From: a bacterium
GTDB taxonomy: Bacteria; Actinomycetota; Coriobacteriia; Coriobacteriales; QAMH01
Direction: 5' to 3'
DNA length: 64,000 nt
Assembly (NCBI GenBank): GCA_963642995.1
Contig: CAVIIZ010000002.1
Location: 75,610 to 139,609, forward strand
Shown: one piece after another, positions 40,207 through 50,121 of the stretch
Position numbering within the stretch: position 1 is the stretch's first letter
Layout of the letters: the number at the start of each line of letters is the position of its first letter
The notes under the pieces: model-generated
The model's database searches: none
What the model was told of the DNA's origin: nothing
The model's input: only the letters and a program-made list of their open reading frames with translations
Made by a program: the position numbers and the translations under genes

Positions 40207-40905
40207 ATGCCAGGCGGGCGCGTAGAGGATCCGGGCAAGACGACGGTCTTTTCGCATGCTGAGGGCAGCGCGGACGAAACGCAGGTGCTGCAGGCGGGCG
40301 CGGATCTGCCCCGGGTGCCGGGGGCGGGGTGGACGCAGGCAACGGGCGCCGATGAGACGCAAGTGCTCGGCGCCGATGCGACTCAAGTTCTGGAAGCCGA
40401 GAAGACACGCGCCTTCGCGCCTGCGCCGGATGCGGCCTTCTCCCCGCGCGGCCACATCCCCGAGCAGGCCGTGCATCCCCAGATGATGCCGGATGCGGCC
40501 TTCGAGCCGAGGGGCGCGGCCTACAGCAGCCCGTCGGCCACCTCGGTGATGCCCGCCGAGCTGATCGCCGAGCGCCGCCGCCACAACCAAAAGGGCGCGC
40601 AGAAGGGCGCGCGCTTTGCCGCAGGCTCGTTTGCGCAAGACCCGCCGCCCCAGGCCCTGCAGGAGTGGGACCGGCCCGCATATGCCCCTCAACAGGAGTA
40701 CGCGCAGCCCGCGCCCAAGAAGAAGCGCCATGGATGCCTCGTGGCCTTCATCACCGTGCTGGTCGTCGGCATCATCCTCGGAGCGGCGGCCCTGTTCGCG
40801 CTCGATTATGCCGTGCAGCAGACGGGCGTGCCCAAAGGAGAGATTCTCTCGCGCATCGCCGAGCCGGTCCGAGATTTCATCAGCAGCCTCAAGGGCAAGG
40901 GGTAG
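40207..40905 (+). CDS. Hypothetical single-pass membrane protein with a repeated (D/E)-T-Q-V-L motif
   Basis: ATG 40207 with RBS GGAGAAGGAGGGG. Three TQVL motifs within 40 aa plus a related KTTVF motif, and duplicated PDAAF(S/E)PRG. TM CLVAFITVLVVGIILGAAALFAL near the C-terminus. Confidence 0.7.
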   Translation: MPGGRVEDPGKTTVFSHAEGSADETQVLQAGADLPRVPGAGWTQATGADETQVLGADATQVLEAEKTRAFAPAPDAAFSPRGHIPEQAVHPQMMPDAAFEPRGAAYSSPSATSVMPAELIAERRRHNQKGAQKGARFAAGSFAQDPPPQALQEWDRPAYAPQQEYAQPAPKKKRHGCLVAFITVLVVGIILGAAALFALDYAVQQTGVPKGEILSRIAEPVRDFISSLKGKG

Positions 40906-40977
40906 GCGGCGCGCAGACGGGACGGCTCGGGAAAACCCCCGGCCGCTTGAAAAACCCGCCCTGCGCCCGATCCCTTC

Positions 40978-41748
40978 TCAGCCCCGCAGGCGCGCCGCGA
41001 GCCTGGCCACGGCATCCGGCAGCTCGCGTGCGTCGTGCACGACGATGGTGGCAGGGTCCAGCTCCTCCGGCTTGCCGAACCCGTAGGCGCATCCGATGGA
41101 CAGCAGGTCGTTTTGCGTGGCGACGCCCAGGTCGTGGAAGCGGTCGCCGATCATGATGAACTGCTCGTGCAGGCTTTTTCCAAGATCGCAAAGCGCCGGC
41201 GCGGCCTCTTCGGAAAAGACCAGGCTCTTTGCCTTCCAGCCGTAGTCCTCGGCGCAGTAGTAATGCGAGAACCAGCGGTCGAGGCCCAGCAGCTCGCGGA
41301 AGAGCTCCATGTAGTCGTGATGGCAGTTGGAGAGAAACACCGGCTCGTATCCTCGCGCACGGAAAAGGTCGAGCGCCTCGGGTATGCCGGGGTAGAACTT
41401 CGCGCCGCCTTCCCGCGCGCGCCGCCGCATCCCGGCGCCCACCACGCGTGCGGCCTCCTCCCGCCATTGCGCCGGCAGCTCGGGGGCGAAGTTGCTCCAC
41501 ATCTCGACGGTGGAATACCCCAGCCAATACCCTATCTCGCGCGCGTCGGCCGGCGCGTCGGGCACGTCCTGGCCTTGCCCGCGCAGCCATTGCAGCCCCT
41601 CGCGAAAGGCGGGGACGTAGATCTCGTCGGTCTTGTGCAAGGTCCCGTCGAAATCGAAGAGCAGCTTCAGGCGGCCGCGCGCATCGTCTGCGCAGGCCTC
41701 CCGTACGGCCGTCTCCTTCGGATGCGTCTCGTCTGCGGCGCCGGGCAT
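40978..41748 (-). CDS. HAD-superfamily hydrolase
   Basis: Motif I LLFDFDGTLH and motif IV IGDRFHDL. The start lies 7 nt after the ribH stop, with the RBS inside the end of ribH. Confidence 0.85.
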   Translation of the reverse strand: MPGAADETHPKETAVREACADDARGRLKLLFDFDGTLHKTDEIYVPAFREGLQWLRGQGQDVPDAPADAREIGYWLGYSTVEMWSNFAPELPAQWREEAARVVGAGMRRRAREGGAKFYPGIPEALDLFRARGYEPVFLSNCHHDYMELFRELLGLDRWFSHYYCAEDYGWKAKSLVFSEEAAPALCDLGKSLHEQFIMIGDRFHDLGVATQNDLLSIGCAYGFGKPEELDPATIVVHDARELPDAVARLAARLRG

Positions 41749-41755
41749 ACGACCC

Positions 41756-42226
41756 TCATCCTTCCATCTCTCGCAGCAGGTTCACCATCTCGATGGCGCC
41801 TTGTGCGCATTCGGCGCCCTTGTTGCCCGCCTTCGAGCCGGCGCGCTCGACGGCCTGCTCGATGTTTTCCGTGGTGAGCACGCCGAACATGACGGGCACG
41901 CCGCTTTCGAGCGACGCGGCCGCGATGCCCTTGCTCGTCTCGTTGACGACGGCCTCGTAGTGGCTCGTCGCCCCGCGTATGACGCTGCCGAGCGCGATGA
42001 CGGCGTCGTAGCGCCCGGAGCCGGCCATCTTCTTTGCCACGAGGGGCACCTCGAAGGCGCCGGGCACCCAGGCCACGTCCACCATCTCCTCGGCCACGTC
42101 GCGCCGGCGCAGCCCGTCGAGGCAGCCCTCCAGCAGCTTGCCCGTGATGAACTCGTTGAAACGGCTGCAGACGACGCCCACGCGTATGTCGCCTGCGCTG
42201 TAGAGATCGCCTTCGTAGACTGTCAT
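41756..42226 (-). CDS. ribH: 6,7-dimethyl-8-ribityllumazine synthase
   Basis: ATG 42226 with [51 protein letters not shown]. Confidence 0.93.
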   Translation of the reverse strand: MTVYEGDLYSAGDIRVGVVCSRFNEFITGKLLEGCLDGLRRRDVAEEMVDVAWVPGAFEVPLVAKKMAGSGRYDAVIALGSVIRGATSHYEAVVNETSKGIAAASLESGVPVMFGVLTTENIEQAVERAGSKAGNKGAECAQGAIEMVNLLREMEG

Positions 42227-42302
42227 GTCGCGCCTTCTTTCCTGTCCGTTTTCTCGGGGCTTGCCCACCGTTCATTGTATCGGTTCGAGCGGGCGGCCCG
42301 CC

Positions 42303-43505
42303 CTAGAGCATGTGTCCCATTTTCTCGCGCTTGGTCTGCAGGTACCCCCGGTCGAACTCGGTCGCGGGCATGCGGATGGGCACGCGCTCGACGATCTGCA
42401 GGCCGAAATCGGCCAGCTGGTAGACCTTGTCGGGGTTGTTCGTGAGCAACCGCATGGTCTTCACCCCGAGGTCTGCCAGGATCTGCGCGCCCACGTAGTA
42501 CTCGCGCTCGTCGGCGGCAAACCCCAGCGCCTCGTTTGCCTCGACCGTGTCCATGCCCCGTTCCTGCAGCTCGTAGGTCCGAAGCTTGTTCACCAGCCCG
42601 ATACCGCGGCCTTCCTGGCGCATGTAGAGCACGACGCCGCGCCCCTCTTCCTCCACTTGCGCCATCGCGGCGGAAAGCTGCTCGCCGCAATCGCAGCGCA
42701 GCGAGGCGAACACGTCGCCTGTCAGGCACTCGGAATGCACGCGCACGAGCACGTCGCGGCCGTCGCCCACCTCGCCTTTCACCAACGCGACGTGGTGCTC
42801 GCCGGTGAGGCGGTTCACGTAGGCGTGCGCGCGAAACTCGCCGAACTTCGTGGGCAGGGCGGGGGAGGCCTTGCAGGAGACGAGCTTGTCGTGGCGCTTG
42901 CGCCAATGCGCGATCTGGGCGATCGAGACCACCTTCACGCCCCATTTCCCCGCGTGCGCGAGCAGCTCGCTCGTGCGCATCATGGTGCCGTCGTCGCGCA
43001 TGATCTCGCAGCACAGCCCCGCCTCCTTCAGCCCGGCGATGCGAAGCAAGTCGACGGTGGCCTCGGTGTGCCCGTCGCGCTCGAGCACGCCGCCCGGACG
43101 CGCGAGCAGGGGAAACATGTGCCCCGGGCGCCTGAAGTCGGTGGGCTTCGCATCTTCGTCCACGCACTTCATCGCCGTGACGGAGCGTTCCGCCGCGCTG
43201 ATGCCCGTCGTGGTGGAGACATGGTCGATGGACACGGTGAAGGCCGTCTCGTGGTTGTCGGTGTTTTCCGAGACCATCTGGGGCAGCTGGAGCCTCTGCA
43301 CGTATTCGAGCGACATGGGCATGCACACGAGCCCCTTCGCCCGGCTGGCCATGAAGTTGATGTTCTCGCAGGTGGCGTGCTCTGCCGCGCAGATCAGGTC
43401 GCCCTCGTTTTCTCGGTCCGGGTCGTCGATGGCCATGATGATGCGGCCCGCGCGCAGCTCCTCGCATATCTCGGGGATGCCGCTGTATCCGTTCGGTATG
43501 TCCAT
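42303..43505 (-). CDS. ribBA: Bifunctional 3,4-dihydroxy-2-butanone-4-phosphate synthase / GTP cyclohydrolase II
   Basis: DRENEGDL and HTEATVDL (RibB half). [20 protein letters not shown] (RibA half). Confidence 0.93.
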   Translation of the reverse strand: MDIPNGYSGIPEICEELRAGRIIMAIDDPDRENEGDLICAAEHATCENINFMASRAKGLVCMPMSLEYVQRLQLPQMVSENTDNHETAFTVSIDHVSTTTGISAAERSVTAMKCVDEDAKPTDFRRPGHMFPLLARPGGVLERDGHTEATVDLLRIAGLKEAGLCCEIMRDDGTMMRTSELLAHAGKWGVKVVSIAQIAHWRKRHDKLVSCKASPALPTKFGEFRAHAYVNRLTGEHHVALVKGEVGDGRDVLVRVHSECLTGDVFASLRCDCGEQLSAAMAQVEEEGRGVVLYMRQEGRGIGLVNKLRTYELQERGMDTVEANEALGFAADEREYYVGAQILADLGVKTMRLLTNNPDKVYQLADFGLQIVERVPIRMPATEFDRGYLQTKREKMGHML

Positions 43506-43526
43506 GCCGTGCGTGCTCTCCTCGTC

Positions 43527-44210
43527 TCAGATGAAGCCGTTGTCTGCGAGAAACGCGAGGTCGAGGGAGCGGACGCCGGCGGCATCACCGCCTGCGGAGC
43601 CGTCCGCGCGTCCTCCTGCGCGCGGTGCGCCCAGCAGCTTCTCGACGTATTTCGCGAGCAGGTCGCATTCTATATTCACCGCGTCCCCCGGCCGCCGCCG
43701 TTGCAAAACCGTAGTCTCCAAGGTGTGCGGAATGCACGAGACGGCAAAGCCGCCCCCGTCTGCGCGCGCGACGGTGAGGCTCGTGCCGTCCACGGCCACA
43801 GATCCCTTCTCCACGATGTAGCGCGAGAGCTCAGGCGGCACGGAGATGGAAAACCACACGGCCTGCCCGTCGCGCCTCACGTCCTCGACGCGCCCCGTGG
43901 CGTCGATGTGGCCGGTGACGATGTGGCCGCCCATGCGCGAGGCGGGAGCGAGGGCGCGCTCGAGGTTCACCGCGTCGCCCGGCATGCAGGCGCAAAACGA
44001 CGAGCGTTTCAAGGTCTCGTTCATGACGTCGGCGCAAAAAACGTCCGCGCCCTTTGCCGCGACGGTCAGGCACACGCCGTTTGCGCAGATGGAGTCGCCC
44101 ACCTGCGTGCCCTCCAAGACCTTGGCGGCCGCGATCTCGATGCGCGCGCCGTCTGCGCCCCTCGCCAGGCGCGCGATCTTTCCCATCTCCTCGACGATGC
44201 CGGTGAACAT
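43527..44210 (-). CDS. ribE: Riboflavin synthase (alpha chain)
   Basis: MFTGIVEEMG..., duplicated lumazine-binding halves (GDSICANGVCLTV / GSVAVDGTSLTV). The start abuts the ribD stop. Confidence 0.93.
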   Translation of the reverse strand: MFTGIVEEMGKIARLARGADGARIEIAAAKVLEGTQVGDSICANGVCLTVAAKGADVFCADVMNETLKRSSFCACMPGDAVNLERALAPASRMGGHIVTGHIDATGRVEDVRRDGQAVWFSISVPPELSRYIVEKGSVAVDGTSLTVARADGGGFAVSCIPHTLETTVLQRRRPGDAVNIECDLLAKYVEKLLGAPRAGGRADGSAGGDAAGVRSLDLAFLADNGFI

Positions 44211-45383
44211 CTAGCAGGCCACCTTCCCCTCGACGAGCAGGTCCGACCCGAGGAAGCTGCGGCGCACGTCGGAAAGCCGCAGCGCCTCTTGCGGCGAGCG
44301 CGCGCCCAAGCCCCCCACAGGGCCGGGCGCTTCCTGCCCCCCGAAGAGCTTCGGGGCGATGTAGGCCTGCACCGCGTGCACGAGGCGCGCATCGAGCATG
44401 GAGCCCGAGAGGGAAGGCCCGCCCTCCAGCAAGATGGAGTCGATGTCGGCCGCCCCGAGCATCTCCATGAGCGCGCGCAGATCCACCTTGCCCGCGCCGT
44501 CGTCCGGCACCTGCACGACGATGCAGCCTGCGGATTCGAGGACGAGCCGGGTCGTCGTGTCCGCATGGACGCATGCGATGACGGTGCGCACCTCGCGGGC
44601 GGTCTGGACGATCTTGGAGCGCAGCGGGATGCGCAGACGCGAGTCGCAGACGATGCGGACCGGGTCGCGGCCGCCCGGCATGCGGCAGGTGAGCTGCGGG
44701 TCGTCTGCGATGACGGTGCCTATGCCCGCCATGACCGCCGACAGGCGGTTGCGCGTGGCGTGCACGTGCGCGCGGGCCGCCTCGCCGCTGACCCAGCGCG
44801 ACAGCCCGGTGCGGCATGCGACGCGCCCGTCGAGCGTCATGGCGTATTTCATCACGACGTAGGGCATGTGCGTCGTGATGAAATGGAAGTAGGGGGCGTT
44901 CACGGCGTCGCATTCCCCTTTCAGCACGCCTGTGTCCACGCGGATGCGGGCGCCGCGCAGCAGCTCGACGCTTTTCGCCGCCGCCTGCGCATGGGGGTCG
45001 TCGCTTCCGATGACGACGCGGGAGACGCCCGCCCGCACGAGCGCGTCGGTGCACGGGGGCTGCTTGCCCGTGTGCGAGCAGGGGGTGAGGGTGACGTAGG
45101 CGCACGCGCCGCGCGGGTCGATCCCGTTTCGCAGGCAATCGTCGAGGGCGGCGCGCTCGGCATGCCTGTCGCCGTAGCGGGCGTGCCAGCCCTCCGCGAC
45201 GATCGTGCCGTCTTTCACGAGCACGCAGCCGACCAGGGGGTTGGGCGCGACATGGCCCGCCCCGCGCAAGGCAAGCTCCAGGGCCTTGCGCATGTAGCGC
45301 GCGTCGCTGAAACCCCGCTCGTCCACCGTTTCCCCCCCTCGCCGTCTCGCCGCGCCCGCTTTTCGGGGGCGTTGCGAGGACAT
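44211..45383 (-). CDS. ribD: Bifunctional diaminohydroxyphosphoribosylaminopyrimidine deaminase / 5-amino-6-(5-phosphoribosylamino)uracil reductase
   Basis: Deaminase zinc motifs HAERAAL and PCSHTGKQPPC, with a reductase C-terminal half. Start ATG 45383 (alternative 45404); the track ORF runs to 45584. Confidence 0.92.
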   Translation of the reverse strand: MSSQRPRKAGAARRRGGETVDERGFSDARYMRKALELALRGAGHVAPNPLVGCVLVKDGTIVAEGWHARYGDRHAERAALDDCLRNGIDPRGACAYVTLTPCSHTGKQPPCTDALVRAGVSRVVIGSDDPHAQAAAKSVELLRGARIRVDTGVLKGECDAVNAPYFHFITTHMPYVVMKYAMTLDGRVACRTGLSRWVSGEAARAHVHATRNRLSAVMAGIGTVIADDPQLTCRMPGGRDPVRIVCDSRLRIPLRSKIVQTAREVRTVIACVHADTTTRLVLESAGCIVVQVPDDGAGKVDLRALMEMLGAADIDSILLEGGPSLSGSMLDARLVHAVQAYIAPKLFGGQEAPGPVGGLGARSPQEALRLSDVRRSFLGSDLLVEGKVAC

Positions 45384-45399
45384 GCTCCTCTTGCCGTCT

Positions 45400-45570
45400 C
45401 GCATGCACTTTGCCACATCGCGCGGGGCAGATGCGGCGGCCCGCCGGAAAAAACCGAATTTCACCGCAAGGCCGCCGGCTCGCCGGCGCGTGGCGCCTTT
45501 GGACGGCCCGCGCCTCTCCACGCGCCGATATTCACGGCATCGGCACATTTTCCCACGCCCGCTTACCGTA
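45400..45570 (-). promoter_or_regulatory. Candidate FMN riboswitch (RFN element) in the ribD leader
   Basis: A leader of about 200 nt precedes the rib operon. The minus-strand transcript contains GCGGUGAAAUUCGG, GCCGGCGAGCCGGCGG and GCGGGCGUGGGAAAAUGUGCCGAUGCCG, resembling RFN core segments. The hand match to the consensus is imperfect. Confidence 0.5.
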
Positions 45571-45678
45571 TAGTCTTGCGCCAAATCCGCAGCATGCGCA
45601 TATCGCGGTTTTCACCTTCGTCTCGGCAGGCGGACGTGGATGCGCCGCGGCGCACGTCGCTCGTGAAAGGAGTTTGGT

Positions 45679-48036
45679 GTGGAGAGCCTTGCAACAGCGC
45701 TCGTGGCGTTTCTCGTCTTCTTCCCGATGCTCGTGGCGCTCGTCATGCTGGCGGCCCGCAAAGAGGGCGCGCGCACCGTGCTCGCGGTCGCCGGAGCGGT
45801 TCTCGTGGCCGCGGCCTCCATCCTCGTGGCCGCGCTCTTCGGGCTTTCGGGCAGCATGCAGATGAGCGTGGACGCAACCGCCGCCAAGGCGCTCAACATC
45901 GCGGCCCTGGCAGTCGACGTCGTCTTGGGCCTCTACATCATGGGCAAGGCGGCACGTCATGGACGCGCCCTGGTCTTCGTCTTGGCCCTGGCGCAGACGG
46001 CGCTCGTGGTGTGGTTCGAGCTGTGCGTCGCCGAGAGCGTCTCGGTCTCGCACGCGCTCTACATCGACGGCCTGTCCGTGATCATGGCGCTCATCATCGG
46101 CATCGTGGGCAGCGGCATCGCGGTCTACGCCCTCGGCTACATGCGCGACCACCACGACGGGCGCCACCCCGGCGTGGCCGACCGCCGCCCCGTTTTCTTC
46201 GCGGTCGTCTTCGCCTTTCTCGGCGCGATGTTTGCCATCGTCTTCTCCAACAACCTCGCCTGGATGTTTTGCGCCTGGGAGATCACCACGGTGTGCTCGT
46301 TTGCGCTCATCGGCTACGACAAGACGAAGACGGCCACCGACAACGCGTTTCGCCAGATCCTCCTCAACATGGTGGGCGGCCTGGCGTTTGCCGTCGCCTT
46401 GGTGTGGATCGCCGAGGTCTACGACGTGCTCGAGCTCGACCAGTTCATCGCCCAGTCCGCCCAGGCGCTTGCTTCGGGCTCGGGCAACGAGCCCATCGCC
46501 TACATGCCCGTGCTGCTCCTCTCGCTTGCGGCTTTCACCAAAGCGGCGCAGTTCCCCTTCCACAGCTGGCTGCTCGGCGCGATGGTGGCGCCCACGCCCA
46601 CCTCTGCGCTGCTGCATTCCTCCACGATGGTGAAGGCGGGCGTCTTCCTGCTGGTGAAGCTCGCGCCGTGTCTGGGCGCGAACATCCCCGGCTACCTGGT
46701 CATGACCGTCGGCATCGCCACCTTCCTCTTCGCCGCGCTGGCCGCCGTCAGCCAGTCCAACGCCAAGCGCGTGCTGGCCTACTCCACCATCTCCAACCTG
46801 GGGCTGATCGTCGCGTGCGCGGGCGTGGGCACGGACGGCGCGGTGTGGGCGGCCATCTTCCTCATCATCTTCCACGCCGTCGCGAAGTCCCTGCTCTTCT
46901 TGGCCGTGGGCACCGCCGAGCACAGGATCGGCAGCCGCGACATCGAGGACATGGACCTGCTTTTCGAGCGCATGCCGCGCCTGGCGCGCCTGATGTCGAT
47001 CGGCATCATGGGCATGTTCATCGCGCCTTTCGGCATGCTGGTGTCGAAATGGGCGGCCCTGCAATCGTTTGCCGAGGCCTCCAACATCGTCTTGCTGCTG
47101 GTGCTGGCCTTCGGCTCGGCAGCCACCTTCATGTTCTGGGCGAAGTGGCTGGGCAAGCTCTTGGCCGTCTCGACGGGCGAGGCGCGCGACCTCGAGAAAG
47201 GGGTGCATTCGAGCGAATGGGCCTCGCTTGCCCTCATGTGCGTGCTCACCGTCGGATGCTGCATCGCGTTTCCGCTCATCTCGCAGGTCGTCGTCGTGCC
47301 CTATCTGGAGGGGGTCTTCACCGAGGTGGGCCGCGACATCTCCGCAGGCGACCTGTGGATAATGTCGATCATCGCGCTCGTGGTCGCGGTGGTCTTTCTC
47401 GGCGCCTCGTTTTCCACGAAGAAAAAGCAGGTGCCGGTCTATATGGCGGGCGCGGCCTGCGAAGACGAGCCCCGCAGCTTCCACGGCTCTTTCGGCGCGC
47501 CTGTCGCCTCCGCGCAGCGCAACTGGTACATGCGCGACCTCTTCGACGAGAAGAAGACCGCGCTCGCGGGCAGCATCGTCGCCCTCGTCCTCATGGTGGG
47601 CGCCTTCGGCTTCGTCGGCCAGGCCACGCTCGAGTCCAAGGAGAGCATCGAGGAATATGCCGTAGAACATGCCGTCTACGTGGGCAGCGAGTGGGAGGAA
47701 GCCGGCATCAGCTTCACCACCTTCGACAGCTACTACCAGCAATACATCCCCAGCTACGAGCAGTACAAAAGCGAGTACGCGGCCATGGGCATCGCAGACG
47801 CCGGGACCTTCATGGATTTCGTCTACGAGCAGCTCTCGCAATCGTATTCGTCGTCTAGCTCCTCGTCGTCCGGATCCGATGCATCCGGATCCTCAGACTC
47901 TTCTGCCGCCTCCGACACATCCGGCTCTTCCGACTCGTCTGCCTCGGCGGATTCGTCGGGCTCGTCGTCGGCGCAGCAAGGCTCCGCGTCGGGCAATGCC
48001 GCCGATGGTTCCGCGAACGCGAAAGGAGGCGAGTAG
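45679..48036 (+). CDS. echA: Ech-type [NiFe]-hydrogenase membrane subunit (NuoL/antiporter-like) with a C-terminal extension
   Basis: GTG 45679 with RBS GAAAGGAG. Multi-TM proton-conducting transporter motifs (KAAQFPFHSWL, STISNLG). The last ~140 aa are non-membrane and end in a Ser/Asp/Gly-rich tail. Confidence 0.88.
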   Translation: MESLATALVAFLVFFPMLVALVMLAARKEGARTVLAVAGAVLVAAASILVAALFGLSGSMQMSVDATAAKALNIAALAVDVVLGLYIMGKAARHGRALVFVLALAQTALVVWFELCVAESVSVSHALYIDGLSVIMALIIGIVGSGIAVYALGYMRDHHDGRHPGVADRRPVFFAVVFAFLGAMFAIVFSNNLAWMFCAWEITTVCSFALIGYDKTKTATDNAFRQILLNMVGGLAFAVALVWIAEVYDVLELDQFIAQSAQALASGSGNEPIAYMPVLLLSLAAFTKAAQFPFHSWLLGAMVAPTPTSALLHSSTMVKAGVFLLVKLAPCLGANIPGYLVMTVGIATFLFAALAAVSQSNAKRVLAYSTISNLGLIVACAGVGTDGAVWAAIFLIIFHAVAKSLLFLAVGTAEHRIGSRDIEDMDLLFERMPRLARLMSIGIMGMFIAPFGMLVSKWAALQSFAEASNIVLLLVLAFGSAATFMFWAKWLGKLLAVSTGEARDLEKGVHSSEWASLALMCVLTVGCCIAFPLISQVVVVPYLEGVFTEVGRDISAGDLWIMSIIALVVAVVFLGASFSTKKKQVPVYMAGAACEDEPRSFHGSFGAPVASAQRNWYMRDLFDEKKTALAGSIVALVLMVGAFGFVGQATLESKESIEEYAVEHAVYVGSEWEEAGISFTTFDSYYQQYIPSYEQYKSEYAAMGIADAGTFMDFVYEQLSQSYSSSSSSSSGSDASGSSDSSAASDTSGSSDSSASADSSGSSSAQQGSASGNAADGSANAKGGE

Positions 48037-48039
48037 CCC

Positions 48040-48939
48040 ATGCAGATCAGCATCATCGGGATGAACGTGTCGGTGCTCTCGTTTGTCGGGATGGCCGCCT
48101 TCCTCTTGCTCGCGGGCGTGCTGGGCTGCCTGCTGGCCGGCCTCGACCGCAAGTTCAGCGCGCGTATGCAAGGACGCGTGGGGCCCAAGGTCTTGCAGCC
48201 CCTGTGGGACGTGCGCAAGCTGCGGGGCAAGGAAGACGCCACGGTCAACGGCGCGCAAGACCTCTACGTGCGCCTCTACTTCCTCTTCGTCCTGCTCGCG
48301 GGCATGGCCTTTTTCGCCGGCGCCAATTTCCTCGTGTGCGTCTTCATCCTCACGCTGGCCGAGCTCTTCTTGATCGTCGCGGCCTACGCGTCGCGCTCGC
48401 CGTATGCCGAGATAGGCGCCGAGCGCGAGACGGTGCAGGTGATGGCCTACGAGCCCATGGTCTTGCTCGTGGCCGTCGGCATCTACATGGCCTGCGGCTC
48501 GTTTCGCGTGCAAGACGCCGTCGCGGCCGACCTGCCGCTCGTGGCCTACCTGCCGTTTCTGTTCATCGGCTTTCTCTATGTGCTCACGATCAAGCTGCGC
48601 AAGTCGCCCTTCGACATATCCATGGCCGAGCACGCGCACCAAGAGATCGTGCGCGGGCTTTCCACGGAGTTCTCCGGCAAGACGCTTGCGCTCGTGGAGA
48701 TCGCGCACTGGTACGAGACGGTGCTCTTCCTCGGGTGGACGGCCATGTTCGTCATCTGGCAGGGCAGCCCCGTCTCCATCGCCGTCGCCGTGGCGGTGGC
48801 GCTGGTCGTGTGGCTGTTCGAGATATGGGTCGACAACAGCTTCGCCCGCGTGAAGTGGCAGAGCATGCTCAAGACGGCGTGGTGGGCCGCCCTGGCCGCC
48901 GGCGCCGTGAACATCGTCTATCTCATGGTCTTTTTCTAA
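48040..48939 (+). CDS. echB: Ech hydrogenase membrane subunit (NuoH/HycD-like)
   Basis: LDRKFSARMQGRVGP motif typical of the NuoH/HycD/EchB family, 8 TM segments. RBS GGAGG, 3-nt gap after echA. Confidence 0.9.
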   Translation: MQISIIGMNVSVLSFVGMAAFLLLAGVLGCLLAGLDRKFSARMQGRVGPKVLQPLWDVRKLRGKEDATVNGAQDLYVRLYFLFVLLAGMAFFAGANFLVCVFILTLAELFLIVAAYASRSPYAEIGAERETVQVMAYEPMVLLVAVGIYMACGSFRVQDAVAADLPLVAYLPFLFIGFLYVLTIKLRKSPFDISMAEHAHQEIVRGLSTEFSGKTLALVEIAHWYETVLFLGWTAMFVIWQGSPVSIAVAVAVALVVWLFEIWVDNSFARVKWQSMLKTAWWAALAAGAVNIVYLMVFF

Positions 48940-48952
48940 AGGAGGCGCATCT

Positions 48953-49504
48953 GTGGGCACGAAATCGTATGCGGGCAAATCGCCTTGGGTCATCCACTAC
49001 GACGGGTCGAGCTGCAACGGCTGCGACATCGAGGTGCTGGCCGCGCTCACGCCGCTCTACGACGCAGAGCGCTTCGGCGTGGTGAACACGGGCAATCCCA
49101 AACACGCCGACATCCTCGTGGTCACGGGCGGCGTCAACGAGCAGAACGCGCCTGTCGTGCGCCAGATCTACGAGCAGATGCTCGAGCCGAAGGTGGTCGT
49201 GGCCTGCGGGGCATGCGCCTGCGGCGGCGGCGTCTACGTCGAGTGCTACAACGTGCGCGGCGGCACGGCCACGGCGGGCATACCCGTGGACGCCTACGTG
49301 CCGGGATGCGCCGTGCGGCCGGAGTCGGTGCTCGACGCGGTGCTCGCCGGGGTGAAGCTGCTCGACGAGAAGGCCGCGAAGATGGGCCGCGAGGCAGGCG
49401 AGAAACGCCGCGACATGCCGGCGAAGCCCGATGAGGACGCGCGGGCAGACGAGGGCGCGGACACGGCGGATGCGGACATGGAGGAAAAGGAGGCGGGGGC
49501 ATGA
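48953..49504 (+). CDS. echC: Ech hydrogenase small subunit (NuoB-like, [4Fe-4S])
   Basis: GTG with RBS AAGGAGG. Cys ligands in SCNGCD, ACGACACGGG and PGCAVRP. Acidic C-terminal tail. Confidence 0.9.
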   Translation: MGTKSYAGKSPWVIHYDGSSCNGCDIEVLAALTPLYDAERFGVVNTGNPKHADILVVTGGVNEQNAPVVRQIYEQMLEPKVVVACGACACGGGVYVECYNVRGGTATAGIPVDAYVPGCAVRPESVLDAVLAGVKLLDEKAAKMGREAGEKRRDMPAKPDEDARADEGADTADADMEEKEAGA

Positions 49505-50121
49505 CGGCAGGCGAGGAGCAGGTGAAGGACACGACGGCAAGCGCGCGGGACGCGGCGGATGCGACGGGCGCGGCGGACGCGCAGAAGGCAGGCGCCGTGC
49601 GCACGCTGGAGAGCACCACCCCCAACAGCTACGAGGAACTGGCCGCAGACGAGCTGGCGGCGCGTGTGGCCGCATGCAAGGAACAGGGCTTTCGCTTCAT
49701 CCAGATGTGCGCGACCACCGCAGACGACGGTGTGGAGCTGCTCTACTCGTTTTCCGACCCCGACCCGCATGTGCGCGACATCGTCTCGTTCATCTTGCGC
49801 GTTGAAGACGGCGCCTGCGTGCCGTCCATCTCCGGAGACTACCCCGAGGCCTTCGTCAACGAAAACGAGGCGCACGACCTGTTCGGCGTCCGCTTCGAGG
49901 GACTTTCCTTGGACTACGAGGGCAAGTTCTACACGCTGCCCGTCTCCTACCCGATGAACCCGCGGGCGGCGCAGGCGCAAGCATCTGCCGAGGCCTGCGT
50001 CAAGCCGGGCGCGGACACGGGTTGCGGTGAAGGCGCATCCGCGGGCGCCGGCGGCGAAGAGACGGGCAAAGGCGAGGCCGCAGGCGCAGACGCAGGGCGA
50101 GAGGAGGGCGGCAATGAGTAA
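49501..50121 (+). CDS. echD: Ech hydrogenase subunit (NuoC/30-kDa-like)
   Basis: ATGA overlap with echC. Core FRFIQMCATTADDGVELLYSF...EAHDLFGVRFEG, flanked by low-complexity N- and C-terminal extensions. Confidence 0.85.
   Translation: MTAGEEQVKDTTASARDAADATGAADAQKAGAVRTLESTTPNSYEELAADELAARVAACKEQGFRFIQMCATTADDGVELLYSFSDPDPHVRDIVSFILRVEDGACVPSISGDYPEAFVNENEAHDLFGVRFEGLSLDYEGKFYTLPVSYPMNPRAAQAQASAEACVKPGADTGCGEGASAGAGGEETGKGEAAGADAGREEGGNE

Noticed and set aside
42225-47858. 1877-aa plus-strand ORF spanning the rib operon (antisense) and echA (off-frame)
   Set aside because: It crosses a divergent promoter region and overlaps six confidently assigned genes. Its composition is dominated by Arg/Ala/Gly/His/Asp, and no domain signature is visible. 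It is a GC-frame artefact.
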